Source of the DNA: an uncultured Mycoplasma sp.
GTDB lineage: Bacteria; Bacillota_I; Bacilli_A; RF39; UBA660
Length of the DNA stretch: 64,000 bases
Assembly: GCA_946554525.1 (NCBI GenBank)
Contig: CAMNSE010000001.1
Span: forward strand, 100,471 to 164,470
Direction of reading: 5' to 3'
Every line of letters starts with the position of its first letter. The first letter of the stretch is position 1. Shown here in pieces: positions 10,126 to 21,196 of this stretch. The notes beneath the pieces were generated by a model, which was given only the letters and a program-made list of their open reading frames with translations, ran no database searches and was not told where the DNA came from. The translations under genes and the position numbers were made by a program.

Positions 10126-11034
10126 TTATTCCTTCCAAGATGATACATTATACTTGTTTAATGTTTCATATTCTAATTTATTATTATTTATAGTATAGAT
10201 TCTTTCTTCAATATATCCGCTTTGCTCCCCAATTTTATTAGTTAGATTTAAGCTTAAATAGTATATTTTATTATCCTCAACTTTAAAAGTGGCTTCGCAA
10301 TTGTTGCTACATTTTGAATCATTAAACCATGAAATGTCTTTTTTATCTATTGCATAGCTATACATATCAGCGGTAAAAATTTCGCCATCATATTTATAAT
10401 CGGTTGTAAAATATGACTTTTGCTCTTCTTCCCCATATGAATCTTTAATAGCATTGTTACTAATTAGTTCTAAGTCCTCATTATAAACACGAGCTCTATG
10501 TCCATATACAGGATAATCTACTACATTATAAACAATTAAATAATTTTTATTATCCGTGCCTTTAATAATTTCAAACTGTTTTGTATCAAATGCTTCTTCT
10601 ATTTTGCTTATGGTAAAATTTTCACTCTTTTTAGATTCATTAATGCCACAAATTTTAAATGTATCTGCCTCATATTCTGAAGAATGGTTATATAGTTCTA
10701 CCCCATTTGCTTCTCCTATAACTAGATCGTAGCATGCATTTCTATTTCCAACTGGACCTGTTTGATATGAATATACTATATTAAATTCTTTAATCTTTCC
10801 ATTTAATGAGACTTCAAATGTTTGTAAAATCTTATCTTCTACGTTTTTTACGTCTTTTAATTTTACCCCATCACTTATGATTTTCTCCTCTTCTTTTTGA
10901 TCAACCTTTTCCTCAACTTTTACTTCTGGCGTTTTGTCTTTGTTATTTGAAATTGCAAAAATAATTCCTCCAGCCAAAAATCCTCCTAATAATAGCCCTA
11001 AAATTAAATAAATATACTTTTCACTTTTTCTCAT
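10126..11034 (-). CDS. N-terminally anchored extracellular hypothetical protein
   Basis: N-terminal TM/signal followed by a hydrophilic beta-rich domain. Confidence 0.7.
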   Translation of the reverse strand: MRKSEKYIYLILGLLLGGFLAGGIIFAISNNKDKTPEVKVEEKVDQKEEEKIISDGVKLKDVKNVEDKILQTFEVSLNGKIKEFNIVYSYQTGPVGNRNACYDLVIGEANGVELYNHSSEYEADTFKICGINESKKSENFTISKIEEAFDTKQFEIIKGTDNKNYLIVYNVVDYPVYGHRARVYNEDLELISNNAIKDSYGEEEQKSYFTTDYKYDGEIFTADMYSYAIDKKDISWFNDSKCSNNCEATFKVEDNKIYYLSLNLTNKIGEQSGYIEERIYTINNNKLEYETLNKYNVSSWKE

Positions 11035-11144
11035 ATATACTCTTTTATACCCTTTCCTTTTCTTTATTATATCTTTTATTAATTTTTTTACAATTACTAA
11101 ATATACAATGTTTATTACATTTTACAAATTTTAGACAAAAAAAA

Positions 11145-12371
11145 TTATTTTAGTAATCCTAAATAATAATTCTTTTTTCCTTTTTTTATAATCATAACTT
11201 TATTTTCAATAGCGTCTTTTGCATCGACAATATATTCTAAATCTGTAATTTTTTTATTATTAATATCAATAGCCCCTGCTAAAACAAATTCTCTTGCTTC
11301 TCTTTTGCTAGAGCAAATGCCATTATCTACAACAAAGTCTAGAATATTCTTATTTAATTCTATTTCTATAGTAGGCATACCTTTTAGAGAAGTTATAATA
11401 TCATTACTTGATAGTTCTGTTACAGCATCGCTAAATAATGCTTCACTAATCTTTAAAGCGTGTTCATATTCTTCATGACCATGCAAGAATGTAATTACTT
11501 CTTCTGCTAATCGTTTTTGAGCTATTCTTTTTTCTGGAGTTTTTGTGTGAATACTTTCTATTTCATTAATTTCTTCTTTGCTTAAAAATGTTAATTTCTT
11601 TAAATAATCTATTATCATGCAATCTTCTAAATTAATAAAATATTGATATAATTCATAGCTAGATGTTTTATTTATATCAAGCCATAAAGCATTACCTTCA
11701 GTTTTTCCAAATTTAACACCTCTTGAGTCAGTTACTAAAGGCATTACCATACCATATGCTTCTTTTCCAAGTTTTTTTCTAATAAGTTCAATCCCTGAAG
11801 TTATATTTCCCCATTGATCTGACCCTGCAACTTGTAATGTACATCCTCTAGTTTCATATAAATGTAAGAAATCTAATGCTTGCAAAATCATGTATGAAAA
11901 CTCTGCATAAGTAATTCCTGTTTCAATTCTTGATTTTACTTTATCCTTTGCTAACATGTAATTTATATTAAAATATTTACCATAGTCTCTTAAAAAATCT
12001 ATTACATTAATATCTTTTGTCCAATCATAGTTATTAACTACTTCAAAACCAAATATTTTCTCAGCTTGAGTTTTTAATCCTTCAAAATTGTGTTTTACTT
12101 CTTCTTTTGATATCATAGGTCGTTCACTAGTTGGCTTTGGGTCCCCTATTAGTCCTGTTGCGCCTCCAACAAGCAAGATAGGATGATGCCCCGCATTTGC
12201 AAGCCTTGTAGATATTAAGAAAGATGAAAAATGACCTATATGCATAGAATCTGCTGTTGGATCTGTTCCAATATAGAAAGTTAATCCTCCTTCGTTTAAT
12301 TTATCGATTAACGCTTCATCACTAATATCTTGAATTAAACCGCGCCATTTTAAATCTTCATATAAAGTCAT
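11145..12371 (-). CDS. tyrS: Tyrosine--tRNA ligase
   Basis: DPTADSMHIGH, GSDQWGNI, KFGKTE and a C-terminal S4-like domain. Confidence 0.97.
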   Translation of the reverse strand: MTLYEDLKWRGLIQDISDEALIDKLNEGGLTFYIGTDPTADSMHIGHFSSFLISTRLANAGHHPILLVGGATGLIGDPKPTSERPMISKEEVKHNFEGLKTQAEKIFGFEVVNNYDWTKDINVIDFLRDYGKYFNINYMLAKDKVKSRIETGITYAEFSYMILQALDFLHLYETRGCTLQVAGSDQWGNITSGIELIRKKLGKEAYGMVMPLVTDSRGVKFGKTEGNALWLDINKTSSYELYQYFINLEDCMIIDYLKKLTFLSKEEINEIESIHTKTPEKRIAQKRLAEEVITFLHGHEEYEHALKISEALFSDAVTELSSNDIITSLKGMPTIEIELNKNILDFVVDNGICSSKREAREFVLAGAIDINNKKITDLEYIVDAKDAIENKVMIIKKGKKNYYLGLLK

Positions 12372-13577
12372 TTAAAACTCCTCCTTTATAAAATTTCCTT
12401 TTTTCATTATACCTAAATATTCACCATTTTGCAAGACTGCAACTACACTTAAATCACATGTACCAATAAAAAAGTCAACATGAGTTTTAGAGCTATTTTG
12501 CCCTAAGTTTAATAACTCTTCTCTACTTTTTTCTAAACCATTTTTTATACATTCTGGAAAGCTGTCTCCAATTGCTAAATGACATGATGCATTCTCGTCA
12601 AATAATGTATTTTTAAATGTAATGTTGGTGTTTGATATTGGTGAGTTATCATCTACTAAGGCAACTTCACCTAGAAATTTAGATCCATCATCAGTTTCTA
12701 TAATTCCTTTTAAAACTTCTTCGCCGTTTTTTGCTTTATATTCTATAATTTTTCCATCTTTAAACTTTAAATAAAAATCACTAATCAAAACTCCACTGTG
12801 AAATAGCGGTTTGGATGAATAGACAATACCATTAACTCTTAATCTATCAGGAGAAGTAAATATCTCTTCTGTAGGCATATTTACAATGTTTTTCCCTTCA
12901 GCACTTTGAAATAAATAATCTTTAGGCAATCCCACTTCTAGATTAGTTCCTAATGAGTTAGAAAAAATAAGCTTATCTATCTTTAAACTATTTAAATACT
13001 CAGCTCTTTCTTTTAATTTATTTAGTTTTCTATTCCAAGATAATGCTGGATTTTTATCTTTTATTAAACATATGTCAAAAATCAAATCCCATAAATCTTC
13101 TATGCTTTTAATTCCTTCAATACTACTTGCCCAAATTTCATTTGGAACGGCTGAAATGTTCCATTTTATTTTTCCTTTCTGCTGAAGACTCCTATATTCA
13201 CTAATGCTTTCCATTTGATATTTTAGCACTTTATTTAATAGAGATGTATCTATATCATCATAAAAGCCAGGAATAGGAGAAGATAAATTTAAGAATGCGA
13301 ATCCTTCCTTTGCCATTTGATCATATCTAGTTCGGTCCATTAAAGGATCATTTATTATTTCTTCGTATGTTCTACTTAAATAAAGTTCTCTTTGCTTTTC
13401 TTGATCATTTATTAATGTCTCTACTTCTATAATTCCAAGCAAGTTTGCTTCTTCTTTTACTATATTAATAAATTCATTTATAAATTTAGAACCAATAATA
13501 AATAATTTATCATTCTTTTTTAATTTTAAACAATCTTGCACTAAAAATTTTGCGTATTTTCTTTCTAAATCTTCCAT
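12372..13577 (-). CDS. pepS: M29 aminopeptidase (PepS/AmpS)
   Basis: NMPTEEIFTSP, LGEVALV, LFDENASCHLAIG and HVDF motifs. Confidence 0.9.
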   Translation of the reverse strand: MEDLERKYAKFLVQDCLKLKKNDKLFIIGSKFINEFINIVKEEANLLGIIEVETLINDQEKQRELYLSRTYEEIINDPLMDRTRYDQMAKEGFAFLNLSSPIPGFYDDIDTSLLNKVLKYQMESISEYRSLQQKGKIKWNISAVPNEIWASSIEGIKSIEDLWDLIFDICLIKDKNPALSWNRKLNKLKERAEYLNSLKIDKLIFSNSLGTNLEVGLPKDYLFQSAEGKNIVNMPTEEIFTSPDRLRVNGIVYSSKPLFHSGVLISDFYLKFKDGKIIEYKAKNGEEVLKGIIETDDGSKFLGEVALVDDNSPISNTNITFKNTLFDENASCHLAIGDSFPECIKNGLEKSREELLNLGQNSSKTHVDFFIGTCDLSVVAVLQNGEYLGIMKKGNFIKEEF

Positions 13578-13638
13578 AATATCCTTTCTTATTTAAAAAG
13601 TTCATAACTTAAATTTATTTTGTTATGAACTCTATTAA

Positions 13639-15456
13639 TTATCTATAATAAGATTCTACAATGTCATAATTGTCTTTATACTTATTTTTATTTTTTGCTA
13701 AATCAACTGTACAATCATCTAAATCTGTATATTTAACTTCTATTATGTATGGTACAAAATATATTCCATATCCTAAGTTAGGAGCATAGTATGGCGCTAC
13801 ATTATAAGTATTTTTAATATATGCAGTTAAATCTATGTACCATTTGCCGTTTTCTTTATATGCAGCGCTTACATTTTCAGAAAAATTAGTTGATTTTAAT
13901 GAAGAAGCTTGTAATACTGCACCACTTGGAACATAAACGCTATATTTACTATTTCCTCCTACCATGCTAATTCCTTTGTTATATTGTCTAGAAACTGCAT
14001 TATTATAACTTGCTAGAGAAGATAGATGGTATACCCAGTTAACTCTCAAATTATCTGAGTGAATGTTATCAAATTTAATTTTCCATGATAATGTTGTAGA
14101 AGTAACGTCAGATCCAATATATGCAATTGAATAATATGGTTCTGATTTTATTTTACAATATTTACTAACATATCCTGATGGCTCCCAATATGCTTCTAAA
14201 GTAATATCATTGTATATGCGCGAATTGAAATTATACTCACTTCCATTTAAGTACCATCCTGCAAAATCATATCCATCATATGTTGGGTCGTTTGGCTTTG
14301 ATACTTTAGCACCTTCTTCGACTGTTTTAGTAATGGAAGATCTTCCATTATTATAAACAAATTTTACTGTATAAGAATTTTTGTTGCAAATATCATTATA
14401 TTCCCAGTCTGCATAAAGAGTAATATCTTTATAAATAGCACTATTGAAATCAAATCTTTTTAAATTTCCATTTACATCATAATAATACCACCCAATAAAG
14501 TCATAACAATTCTTAGTTGGATTTTTTGGAACTTCAACTTGATTACCTTCTAATACAATTTGATTGCTTACTTTTGTTCCGCCATTTGTATCAAAGCTTA
14601 CCGTGTATTTCTTTCTTACATTTTCGTTTGGAATTTTTTCCCATTTAGCTTCTAAAGTAATAGTTTTTGTAATTTTTGTTTTAAAATCAAATTTCTTATT
14701 ATCTAAATACCATCCTAGGAATCTATATCCATCGCGTGATGGGGCAATATAATATGCATATCCATCTTTTTTTACTGTTTGAGAAGAAATAGCATTTCCA
14801 CCATTTGAATTAAAATTTACTGTATAATATGTATTACTAACACAAGATCCAACACATCCATTAACATAAGTTATATTATAAACTTTATTTACAGTAGGTG
14901 TTTTATTAGATCCACTATTTTGATTATTGTTATTATAATAATTATTAACTTGGTTACTTGGTTTCTTTGTTGTTGTATTATTTGTATTATTGCTATTACT
15001 GTTACTATTGCAATCTTTACAATTTTCTTCTGTAGAAATTAGAGTTTCAATATAATCTGATTTATAATCACAACTTAAATATACTTTCATACGATATTCA
15101 TTGTCCATTACTTTAGTTGTTTGTACATAGCTTGAAGTCTCGTTACATGTATCTCCTTTTTCATCTAAAAACTCTACTATTAAGTTATTGCTTATCATAT
15201 CAAGCAAGCTAATGCGATTTGTATCTCCAGTCTTCTCAGGTAAATTATTGCCTTTGAAAAAATCAAATCCAGCTTCTTTCATTAAACTGATATTTTTAAT
15301 ATATGTAGCATTTGCCTCCACATTATTTTTGTTACTTTTCTTCGGATAAAGATAACAAATAAGAACAATAACTAACAAAATTAATGCTAGAATTCCTATC
15401 AATTTTGGCCAACCTATTTTATACTTTTTTTTGATTTGTTTTGTTTCCTTTTCCAT
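13639..15456 (-). CDS. Surface protein with three InlB B-type (Listeria-Bacteroides) repeats
   Basis: N-terminal TM, Asn-rich linker, three YTVxF..NG..P.k.GY.F.GWY....ITL.A.W units. Confidence 0.85.
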   Translation of the reverse strand: MEKETKQIKKKYKIGWPKLIGILALILLVIVLICYLYPKKSNKNNVEANATYIKNISLMKEAGFDFFKGNNLPEKTGDTNRISLLDMISNNLIVEFLDEKGDTCNETSSYVQTTKVMDNEYRMKVYLSCDYKSDYIETLISTEENCKDCNSNSNSNNTNNTTTKKPSNQVNNYYNNNNQNSGSNKTPTVNKVYNITYVNGCVGSCVSNTYYTVNFNSNGGNAISSQTVKKDGYAYYIAPSRDGYRFLGWYLDNKKFDFKTKITKTITLEAKWEKIPNENVRKKYTVSFDTNGGTKVSNQIVLEGNQVEVPKNPTKNCYDFIGWYYYDVNGNLKRFDFNSAIYKDITLYADWEYNDICNKNSYTVKFVYNNGRSSITKTVEEGAKVSKPNDPTYDGYDFAGWYLNGSEYNFNSRIYNDITLEAYWEPSGYVSKYCKIKSEPYYSIAYIGSDVTSTTLSWKIKFDNIHSDNLRVNWVYHLSSLASYNNAVSRQYNKGISMVGGNSKYSVYVPSGAVLQASSLKSTNFSENVSAAYKENGKWYIDLTAYIKNTYNVAPYYAPNLGYGIYFVPYIIEVKYTDLDDCTVDLAKNKNKYKDNYDIVESYYR

Positions 15457-15551
15457 TTTACCACCCTTACTTTCTGTATATGTTTAGTATATCTTTTATA
15501 TTCATTAATGTCAAGCATTCTATAGTTTTTTCTAACATTTAAAAACGAGCA

Positions 15552-16016
15552 TTAATTGCTCGCATTTTTCTTTTTAGCTGAAGTCTCCTTAGCAGTAACA
15601 TTTTTTTCGTCACCTGCTAGTTTAGCAGTAATACTTTCTAATGCCTTAATTGTTGATGCTTTAACTTCTTTTGCTGCAGCTTCTATAACAGGTGTTCCTT
15701 TTTTTACTGCATAATCAACTAATTCATCAGCTTTCTTTTTAATTTTTTTAGCGCTTTCTTTTATTTTTTCGGCAACAGTCTCTTTGTCTAAATCTTTTAA
15801 ATCTTTTTTTATTTCTGCCACTTTAGTCTCAATTGCTTTTTTAACATCTTCTTTCGTTAAATCTTTTGCTTTTGATACTAAATCATCCATTTTTTCTTTT
15901 AATTCTTTTCTTGTTTCTTTTCCACTTTTAGGTGCAAAAAGCATTCCTAATCCAACGCCTATTCCAGCACCTAATATAAATTTGCCTAAGCCATGTTTTT
16001 CTTTACTCATTTTCAT
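15552..16016 (-). CDS. YtxH-domain protein
   Basis: FILGAGIGVGLGMLFAPKSGKETR motif. Confidence 0.88.
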   Translation of the reverse strand: MKMSKEKHGLGKFILGAGIGVGLGMLFAPKSGKETRKELKEKMDDLVSKAKDLTKEDVKKAIETKVAEIKKDLKDLDKETVAEKIKESAKKIKKKADELVDYAVKKGTPVIEAAAKEVKASTIKALESITAKLAGDEKNVTAKETSAKKKNASN

Positions 16017-16305
16017 TTTCCTCCCCTTTACTTTTTTTAGCTTTCTTTTTGAAAAATAGCCTAGCAGCTAATGATGAAAAACCATCTACTACTTTGTCAG
16101 TTAATGATACAATTTTATCAGTTGTAAAATCTACTATTTGAAATAAGCCATTTAGTGATTCAACTTTATCATTTACATCATCCACTACTTTTTCTACTTT
16201 TTTAATTGTACTTATTGACTTCACACCTAATATTATGCCAATAACTAGTATTATTATTAACAAAATATAAATAATTATTGGTAAAAATGATAACCAAAAG
16301 TCCAT
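16003..16305 (-). CDS. YtxG/DUF948-like membrane protein
   Basis: TM plus coiled coil, directly upstream of the YtxH gene. Confidence 0.65.
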   Translation of the reverse strand: MDFWLSFLPIIIYILLIIILVIGIILGVKSISTIKKVEKVVDDVNDKVESLNGLFQIVDFTTDKIVSLTDKVVDGFSSLAARLFFKKKAKKSKGEENENE

Positions 16306-17225
16306 TATTCACCATCCTCTCTATTCTCATACATAGAATCTATTAAATCAAATAAATCACTCTCTATAGTATCATCTAATTTTTCGCTATGATCATCTGG
16401 CGTATCCATGTCGTCTAATACATCCATTACATCTTTTTTAGCTTCTGAAACGTCAGGCATAACTTCTTCTAAGTCTTCATCTGTAATAATTGGTGTTTCG
16501 ATAGTATCATCAATATCAATAATATCATCACTGCTATCTTTTAGAAGTTCATCAATAGTTCTCGCTTTTTCTAATTTTTCTTCTAATACTTTTGTTTCGT
16601 CTTCTTCTATAATTGTTTCATCCAAATTAATTTCTTCTGGTTCATCTTTCTTTTCTTCTTGAATTCCAAAGGCTTTTTTACGTACGCTCTCTACATCTAA
16701 GGCACGAGCAACTGTAGAATTATCGCGTGAAGTAATTTCATCAGGAGTATAGTTCTTATCTAATATCCCATATACTGGGCTAATGATTGGAGATGGTTTG
16801 AATTTTGTCTTTTCTTCTGGTTTAACTTCTGGCTTTATTTCATATTTTCTAAAATCATCTTGCTCTTTTTTTCTTTCGAACTCTAAAACGTTTGTAGTTC
16901 TTTTCGGTGGAAGCGATTGCTCAAATTCATCTTCATCAAAAGCAGGGAAATTAAATGTTCTTTCGCTTTTAAATATTTCTCTTTCACTAACGCTTTCATG
17001 AGATTTTTCTTCATGCTTTCTTTCCTCAGCAATAACAGGTTCTAAATCATCATAAAAATGATTATAATCTGGTTTTTTCTCTTCTATTTCAGGAACGAAT
17101 CTATCATATTCGTCTTCTTTCTGCTTACTTGCTTTTTTAGAGCTTTTTTCAATTATTGGAATCTCTACTTCCTCTTCTTCAAACAAAATATTTTTTAATT
17201 TATTCATTAATCCCATATATAGCAC
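16305..17225 (-). CDS. Acidic hypothetical protein
   Basis: Asp/Glu-rich ORF with an FKPSPIISPVYG motif; overlaps the next gene by 1 nt. Confidence 0.7.
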   Translation of the reverse strand: MLYMGLMNKLKNILFEEEEVEIPIIEKSSKKASKQKEDEYDRFVPEIEEKKPDYNHFYDDLEPVIAEERKHEEKSHESVSEREIFKSERTFNFPAFDEDEFEQSLPPKRTTNVLEFERKKEQDDFRKYEIKPEVKPEEKTKFKPSPIISPVYGILDKNYTPDEITSRDNSTVARALDVESVRKKAFGIQEEKKDEPEEINLDETIIEEDETKVLEEKLEKARTIDELLKDSSDDIIDIDDTIETPIITDEDLEEVMPDVSEAKKDVMDVLDDMDTPDDHSEKLDDTIESDLFDLIDSMYENREDGE

Positions 17226-17229
17226 CTTC

Positions 17230-17862
17230 CTAATTTACATAATCTGGATCATTTTCTTTTTTAGCTTCTTTTTCTTCCGTTTTAAATTCTAAATAATTCT
17301 CACTACCGATGATTTCAAATATATTAAATTCTTCTTCGATAGAATCCAGTACATTATTCCCCAAATAATTTTCAATTACATTATCATTATACGTTACTGA
17401 TGATAATATTGACATAGCATATGCTACACTAATATTAATGTCACTCTCATATACTATCATTTCTATTTTAGCATAATTATACATAATTTCAATCAAATAT
17501 TGATTATTTTTATAATTATTTATCTCAATATAACCTATTTTGTCATTTTTATTTAATTTACTGGAATAATATGACTTTGTATTTTTATTATATTTAAACT
17601 CCGTTTTATGATGGAAACTTACTATATCAACATACAAATAGTAATAGTATTTTTGATCTGTTAAAACTTCGTTAAATTCACTACTTTCTTTTACGCTAAT
17701 TCCAAGTGGCAAATAATAACTATATCCAAGCTTAGAAATATTAGTAGAAGTTACCTTACTATTTAAAGAATTATTAATAATTACATCTAAGCTGCTGTCT
17801 TTAATACTAGTACAACTAGTGAGAAAAAGTATAAGCACACTTAGTAGGACTACTTTCTTCAT
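17230..17862 (-). CDS. Lipoprotein
   Basis: Signal peptide with lipobox LTSC; AGGAGG RBS. Confidence 0.75.
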   Translation of the reverse strand: MKKVVLLSVLILFLTSCTSIKDSSLDVIINNSLNSKVTSTNISKLGYSYYLPLGISVKESSEFNEVLTDQKYYYYLYVDIVSFHHKTEFKYNKNTKSYYSSKLNKNDKIGYIEINNYKNNQYLIEIMYNYAKIEMIVYESDINISVAYAMSILSSVTYNDNVIENYLGNNVLDSIEEEFNIFEIIGSENYLEFKTEEKEAKKENDPDYVN

Positions 17863-17940
17863 TTATATCCTCCTACAATTCATAATTATAACGAAAAAAA
17901 AGCAAAAAATCAATCTAAAACGAAAAACTAAAAAAAGAGC

Positions 17941-18378
17941 TTAAATAAACTCCTTCATTTCGTTAACGTTATGTTCCTCTGTAGCAAGCAGTTTTTTAGC
18001 TAAATTAATTATTTCCTCATCATGAGATAATCCAGCATTTAGCTTTTCTTGAATTGCAATTACGCCTTTTTCATTCCCTTCCATCATAAGCTTTGCAATT
18101 TTTTTGTCATCGCTATTGATTGTCATCATTTTACTCATCATTGTACTTGATAATTCTTTTAATTTTCCAATTTCACTTTCCTTAGCACCATATTTTATTA
18201 ATATTTTCTTTACATTTTTACGAAATTCTTCGTATTCATTTCTTTGTTCTTTCATAAGTTTAGCTAAAGATTCATTTTCAGCTTTTGGTAATACAGTATC
18301 AATACCTATTATTCCCATTTGAGCATTTTGATAAATAAGATTTAATAATATAATATTTTCATTTGTTTTTTCTTTCAT
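17941..18378 (-). CDS. Ferritin-like four-helix-bundle hypothetical protein (probably spore-associated)
   Basis: IYQNAQMG...IAKLMMEGNEKG...LLATEEHN pattern; preceded by a SigG-consensus promoter. Confidence 0.65.
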   Translation of the reverse strand: MKEKTNENIILLNLIYQNAQMGIIGIDTVLPKAENESLAKLMKEQRNEYEEFRKNVKKILIKYGAKESEIGKLKELSSTMMSKMMTINSDDKKIAKLMMEGNEKGVIAIQEKLNAGLSHDEEIINLAKKLLATEEHNVNEMKEFI

Positions 18379-18397
18379 ACAAAAATTCACCCAATAA

Positions 18398-18426
18398 TAG
18401 TATGGATGAATTTATTTGTTTTATTC
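18398..18426 (-). promoter_or_regulatory. SigG-type promoter
   Basis: GAATA-N17-CATACTA matches the B. subtilis SigG consensus GNATA-N17/18-CATACTA. Confidence 0.65.
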
Positions 18427-18463
18427 TATCTTTTCATGTTAAAGCTCTAATATCAAATTATTA

Positions 18464-20107
18464 TTAAACTTCTTGAACTACTGCAATAATCATTGGCTTG
18501 CATTCTGTTTCTTCGTATAAATATTTAGAAAGTTCATCTCTAATCTCGGTCTTAATCTTATTATAATCGATATATTTAGGGGTAATATTTCTCTCAATTA
18601 CAGCAGTGCTTATCTTTTTGATTTCATTAATCATATCTGCACTGTCTTTAATATAAATGAATCCTCTTGTAGTCACCTCTGGACCTATGAGTAGAACTTT
18701 ATCATTTTTAGATACAGTAGCGCTTATTAAAACAATACCATTTTCGCTTAACATTTCGCGATCCTTAATTACAAGTTCTCCAATATCATCACTAGAGTTT
18801 CCATCGATTAAACAATCCGTTACCTTTATTTTTTCACCTTTATCAATAAGTATTCCATTTTCAATTTCAATCATTTCTCCATTTTGCTTTAAAATTATAT
18901 TTTCTCTTGGAATACCTAAGGAATAAGCTAAATCAGCATTACCTACCATGTATCTATATTCTCCTTTAACAGGCATATAATATTTAGGTCGCATTAACTT
19001 AATCATTTGCATTAAATCTTCACTTGATGCATGATGTAAAATACTTTTATCATTCGGAATATTTACTATTTCACATCCACGTTCTGCTAAATCGTTTTCA
19101 AGTCTAACTAAAACCTTTTCATTACTATCGTATCTAGGCTCTGCAAAAACAATAGTATCATTGCTTCTTAGTTTAATAAATTTATCATATCCATTTAAAA
19201 TTTTAGACATTGGGGCATATGGATTAGACTTATCATCACATATAAGTAAAATGGCATTATTATCATTAATGTTTGATAGATCTCCTAAAGTTCCTTCAGG
19301 AATATTTAAATATCCTTCTTTTAAGCCGAAATTTACCATATTTTGTAATTTTTTTCCCATAATTACTACTTTTCTATGAGAATTATGAGTTGCCTCAAAT
19401 ATTTCTTCAATCGTATAAAGATGCGTTGGTAAAACCATAAACATAATTCTTCCCTCTGCATTTTTAATTGTCTTTTTAAAAACATCTATTAATTTATGAC
19501 TAGGGGAAGTATGACCTATATTTTCACTAAAAACTGATTCGCTTAAAAGAGCTAATACTCCAAGTTTACCAATATACGCTATTTTCCCTAAATCCATATC
19601 ATAATTTCCCATCATAGATGGATCAAAAATAAAGTCTCCAGTATAGCAAATCGCGCCGTCTTTTGTATTTATAACATACATAACTGCATCTGGGCAACTA
19701 TGTGAAACACTAATTGGGAAAATGCTGATTTTGCCAAAATTCATTTTTTTATGCGCTTTAATTTCAGTAATATTATCTTTATTAACTCCTGATTCCATTA
19801 AAACATATTTAGTAAACTTTGTTGCATATACTTTAAGATTTGGTATTAATGATATTAAATCAGCGGTTGCTCCCATATTTTCTAAATGTCCATGAGTAAT
19901 AAATAACCCTTTAATTCTTTTTTTGTTTTTTACTAAATAGCTAAAATCTGGGATTATATAGTCTATTCCTAACATATTTCCGCTAGCATACTTTAATCCA
20001 CAGTCAAATATGAAAATATCTTTGTCTATTTCAATACAATATAAATTTTTGCCGTTTTCATCTAGTCCTCCTAGACTAAATATCTTTATTTTACTCAATT
20101 TAATCAA
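18464..20107 (-). CDS. rnjB: Ribonuclease J, J2-like paralog with degenerate metal ligands
   Basis: LGGLDENGKN and beta-CASP fold; HGHLENMG replaces HGHEDHIG; PVKGEY replaces PxHGEY. Confidence 0.85.
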   Translation of the reverse strand: MIKLSKIKIFSLGGLDENGKNLYCIEIDKDIFIFDCGLKYASGNMLGIDYIIPDFSYLVKNKKRIKGLFITHGHLENMGATADLISLIPNLKVYATKFTKYVLMESGVNKDNITEIKAHKKMNFGKISIFPISVSHSCPDAVMYVINTKDGAICYTGDFIFDPSMMGNYDMDLGKIAYIGKLGVLALLSESVFSENIGHTSPSHKLIDVFKKTIKNAEGRIMFMVLPTHLYTIEEIFEATHNSHRKVVIMGKKLQNMVNFGLKEGYLNIPEGTLGDLSNINDNNAILLICDDKSNPYAPMSKILNGYDKFIKLRSNDTIVFAEPRYDSNEKVLVRLENDLAERGCEIVNIPNDKSILHHASSEDLMQMIKLMRPKYYMPVKGEYRYMVGNADLAYSLGIPRENIILKQNGEMIEIENGILIDKGEKIKVTDCLIDGNSSDDIGELVIKDREMLSENGIVLISATVSKNDKVLLIGPEVTTRGFIYIKDSADMINEIKKISTAVIERNITPKYIDYNKIKTEIRDELSKYLYEETECKPMIIAVVQEV

Positions 20108-20392
20108 CTCCGTTTCAAATATAAAAAATTAAAATAAAAAAGTTTTAAGGCTATTTAGAATTATACCAAAAAACTTTAAATAATACAAGTAGATATTACT
20201 TTATAATATATAAGTTATAAATATATGTCTATTTATAAAAATGTAAAATATCAGTATTTATAATGCCTAAAATAATTGTTATAGCAGGTATTATTATCGC
20301 AAAATACTAGGACTATCTTTTTTGGTTATTCTTCTTTTATTTCATTTAAATTATTTTATTTTGGAAAATAAAAAAAGAAAGAAAATCCTTTC

Positions 20393-21178
20393 TTACTTAT
20401 TTTTGTTTTCTTCACTGATTAATTCACTTAAATAAACAACATTTAAATCTTTATACTTTATCTCTTTTAAAAGTAGTTTAACATCGCTTAAGTGAGCATT
20501 TTTTGAAATATAAATAATACTTCCATTTTGAATATTATTTTTCACGTTGATTAAATTATTATCTTTTAAAAATAGTGTAGGCTCTATTAGATAGCTTTTA
20601 TTCTTTTTACATAAGTCCTTATTGTTTTCGCTTATTATGCATAATTTTTTATTTTCTTTACTAATATTTAAAGAATTTTCTAAGGATTTAAAACCATTTA
20701 TTTCATTGTTAATTGGTTCGAAATAATTATTTTTTTGATAAGTTGCTACAGTTACTAAAATATTGGCTTTTATTTTTTCACTTTTTAAATAATCGCTAAT
20801 ATTATTTTCTTCCTCTAATACAATACTTATCTGCCTAAATTTAGGATTACCTTGCTTAATTATTTTATCTTTATTTTTTTCTAATGTGACTTCCGGTTTA
20901 GTTTGGTCATATACTAAATAATATTTGTTAAACACCTCTAGTTTTTGCATATTATAATATGTATCTTTAGCGTTAACTTCTAAACCATTTATTCCTGGAA
21001 TAATGTAGTCCCCGTCAATAATGGCGTTCACACTTGATACTTCATAGTTTGCTTTTTGCTCTTTGATAGATTGCATTAATGGGTTTTTATTTAAAACAAT
21101 AGTTGCAATTTGATCTGTATAGTAAAAGCTAAAAGCCATAATCATTATTAATCCTATATATTGATAATATTTTTTCAA
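20393..21178 (-). CDS. Degenerate polysaccharide-deacetylase-like protein (YlxY/SwsB-like)
   Basis: N-terminal TM, NA.ID...IPGING..VN, IKQGNP and QNGSIIY motifs. Confidence 0.65.
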   Translation of the reverse strand: MKKYYQYIGLIMIMAFSFYYTDQIATIVLNKNPLMQSIKEQKANYEVSSVNAIIDGDYIIPGINGLEVNAKDTYYNMQKLEVFNKYYLVYDQTKPEVTLEKNKDKIIKQGNPKFRQISIVLEEENNISDYLKSEKIKANILVTVATYQKNNYFEPINNEINGFKSLENSLNISKENKKLCIISENNKDLCKKNKSYLIEPTLFLKDNNLINVKNNIQNGSIIYISKNAHLSDVKLLLKEIKYKDLNVVYLSELISEENKNK

Positions 21179-21196
21179 TTTGCTTCACCTAATTTA

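Noticed and set aside
18464-20107. Degenerate RNase J as a novelty
   Set aside because: A J1/J2 pair with a degenerate J2 active site is well known in Bacilli.
20108-20392. AT-rich 285-bp intergenic region as oriC, dif or an sRNA
   Set aside because: No DnaA boxes, no TTATGTAAA dif arm and no stable structure were seen.
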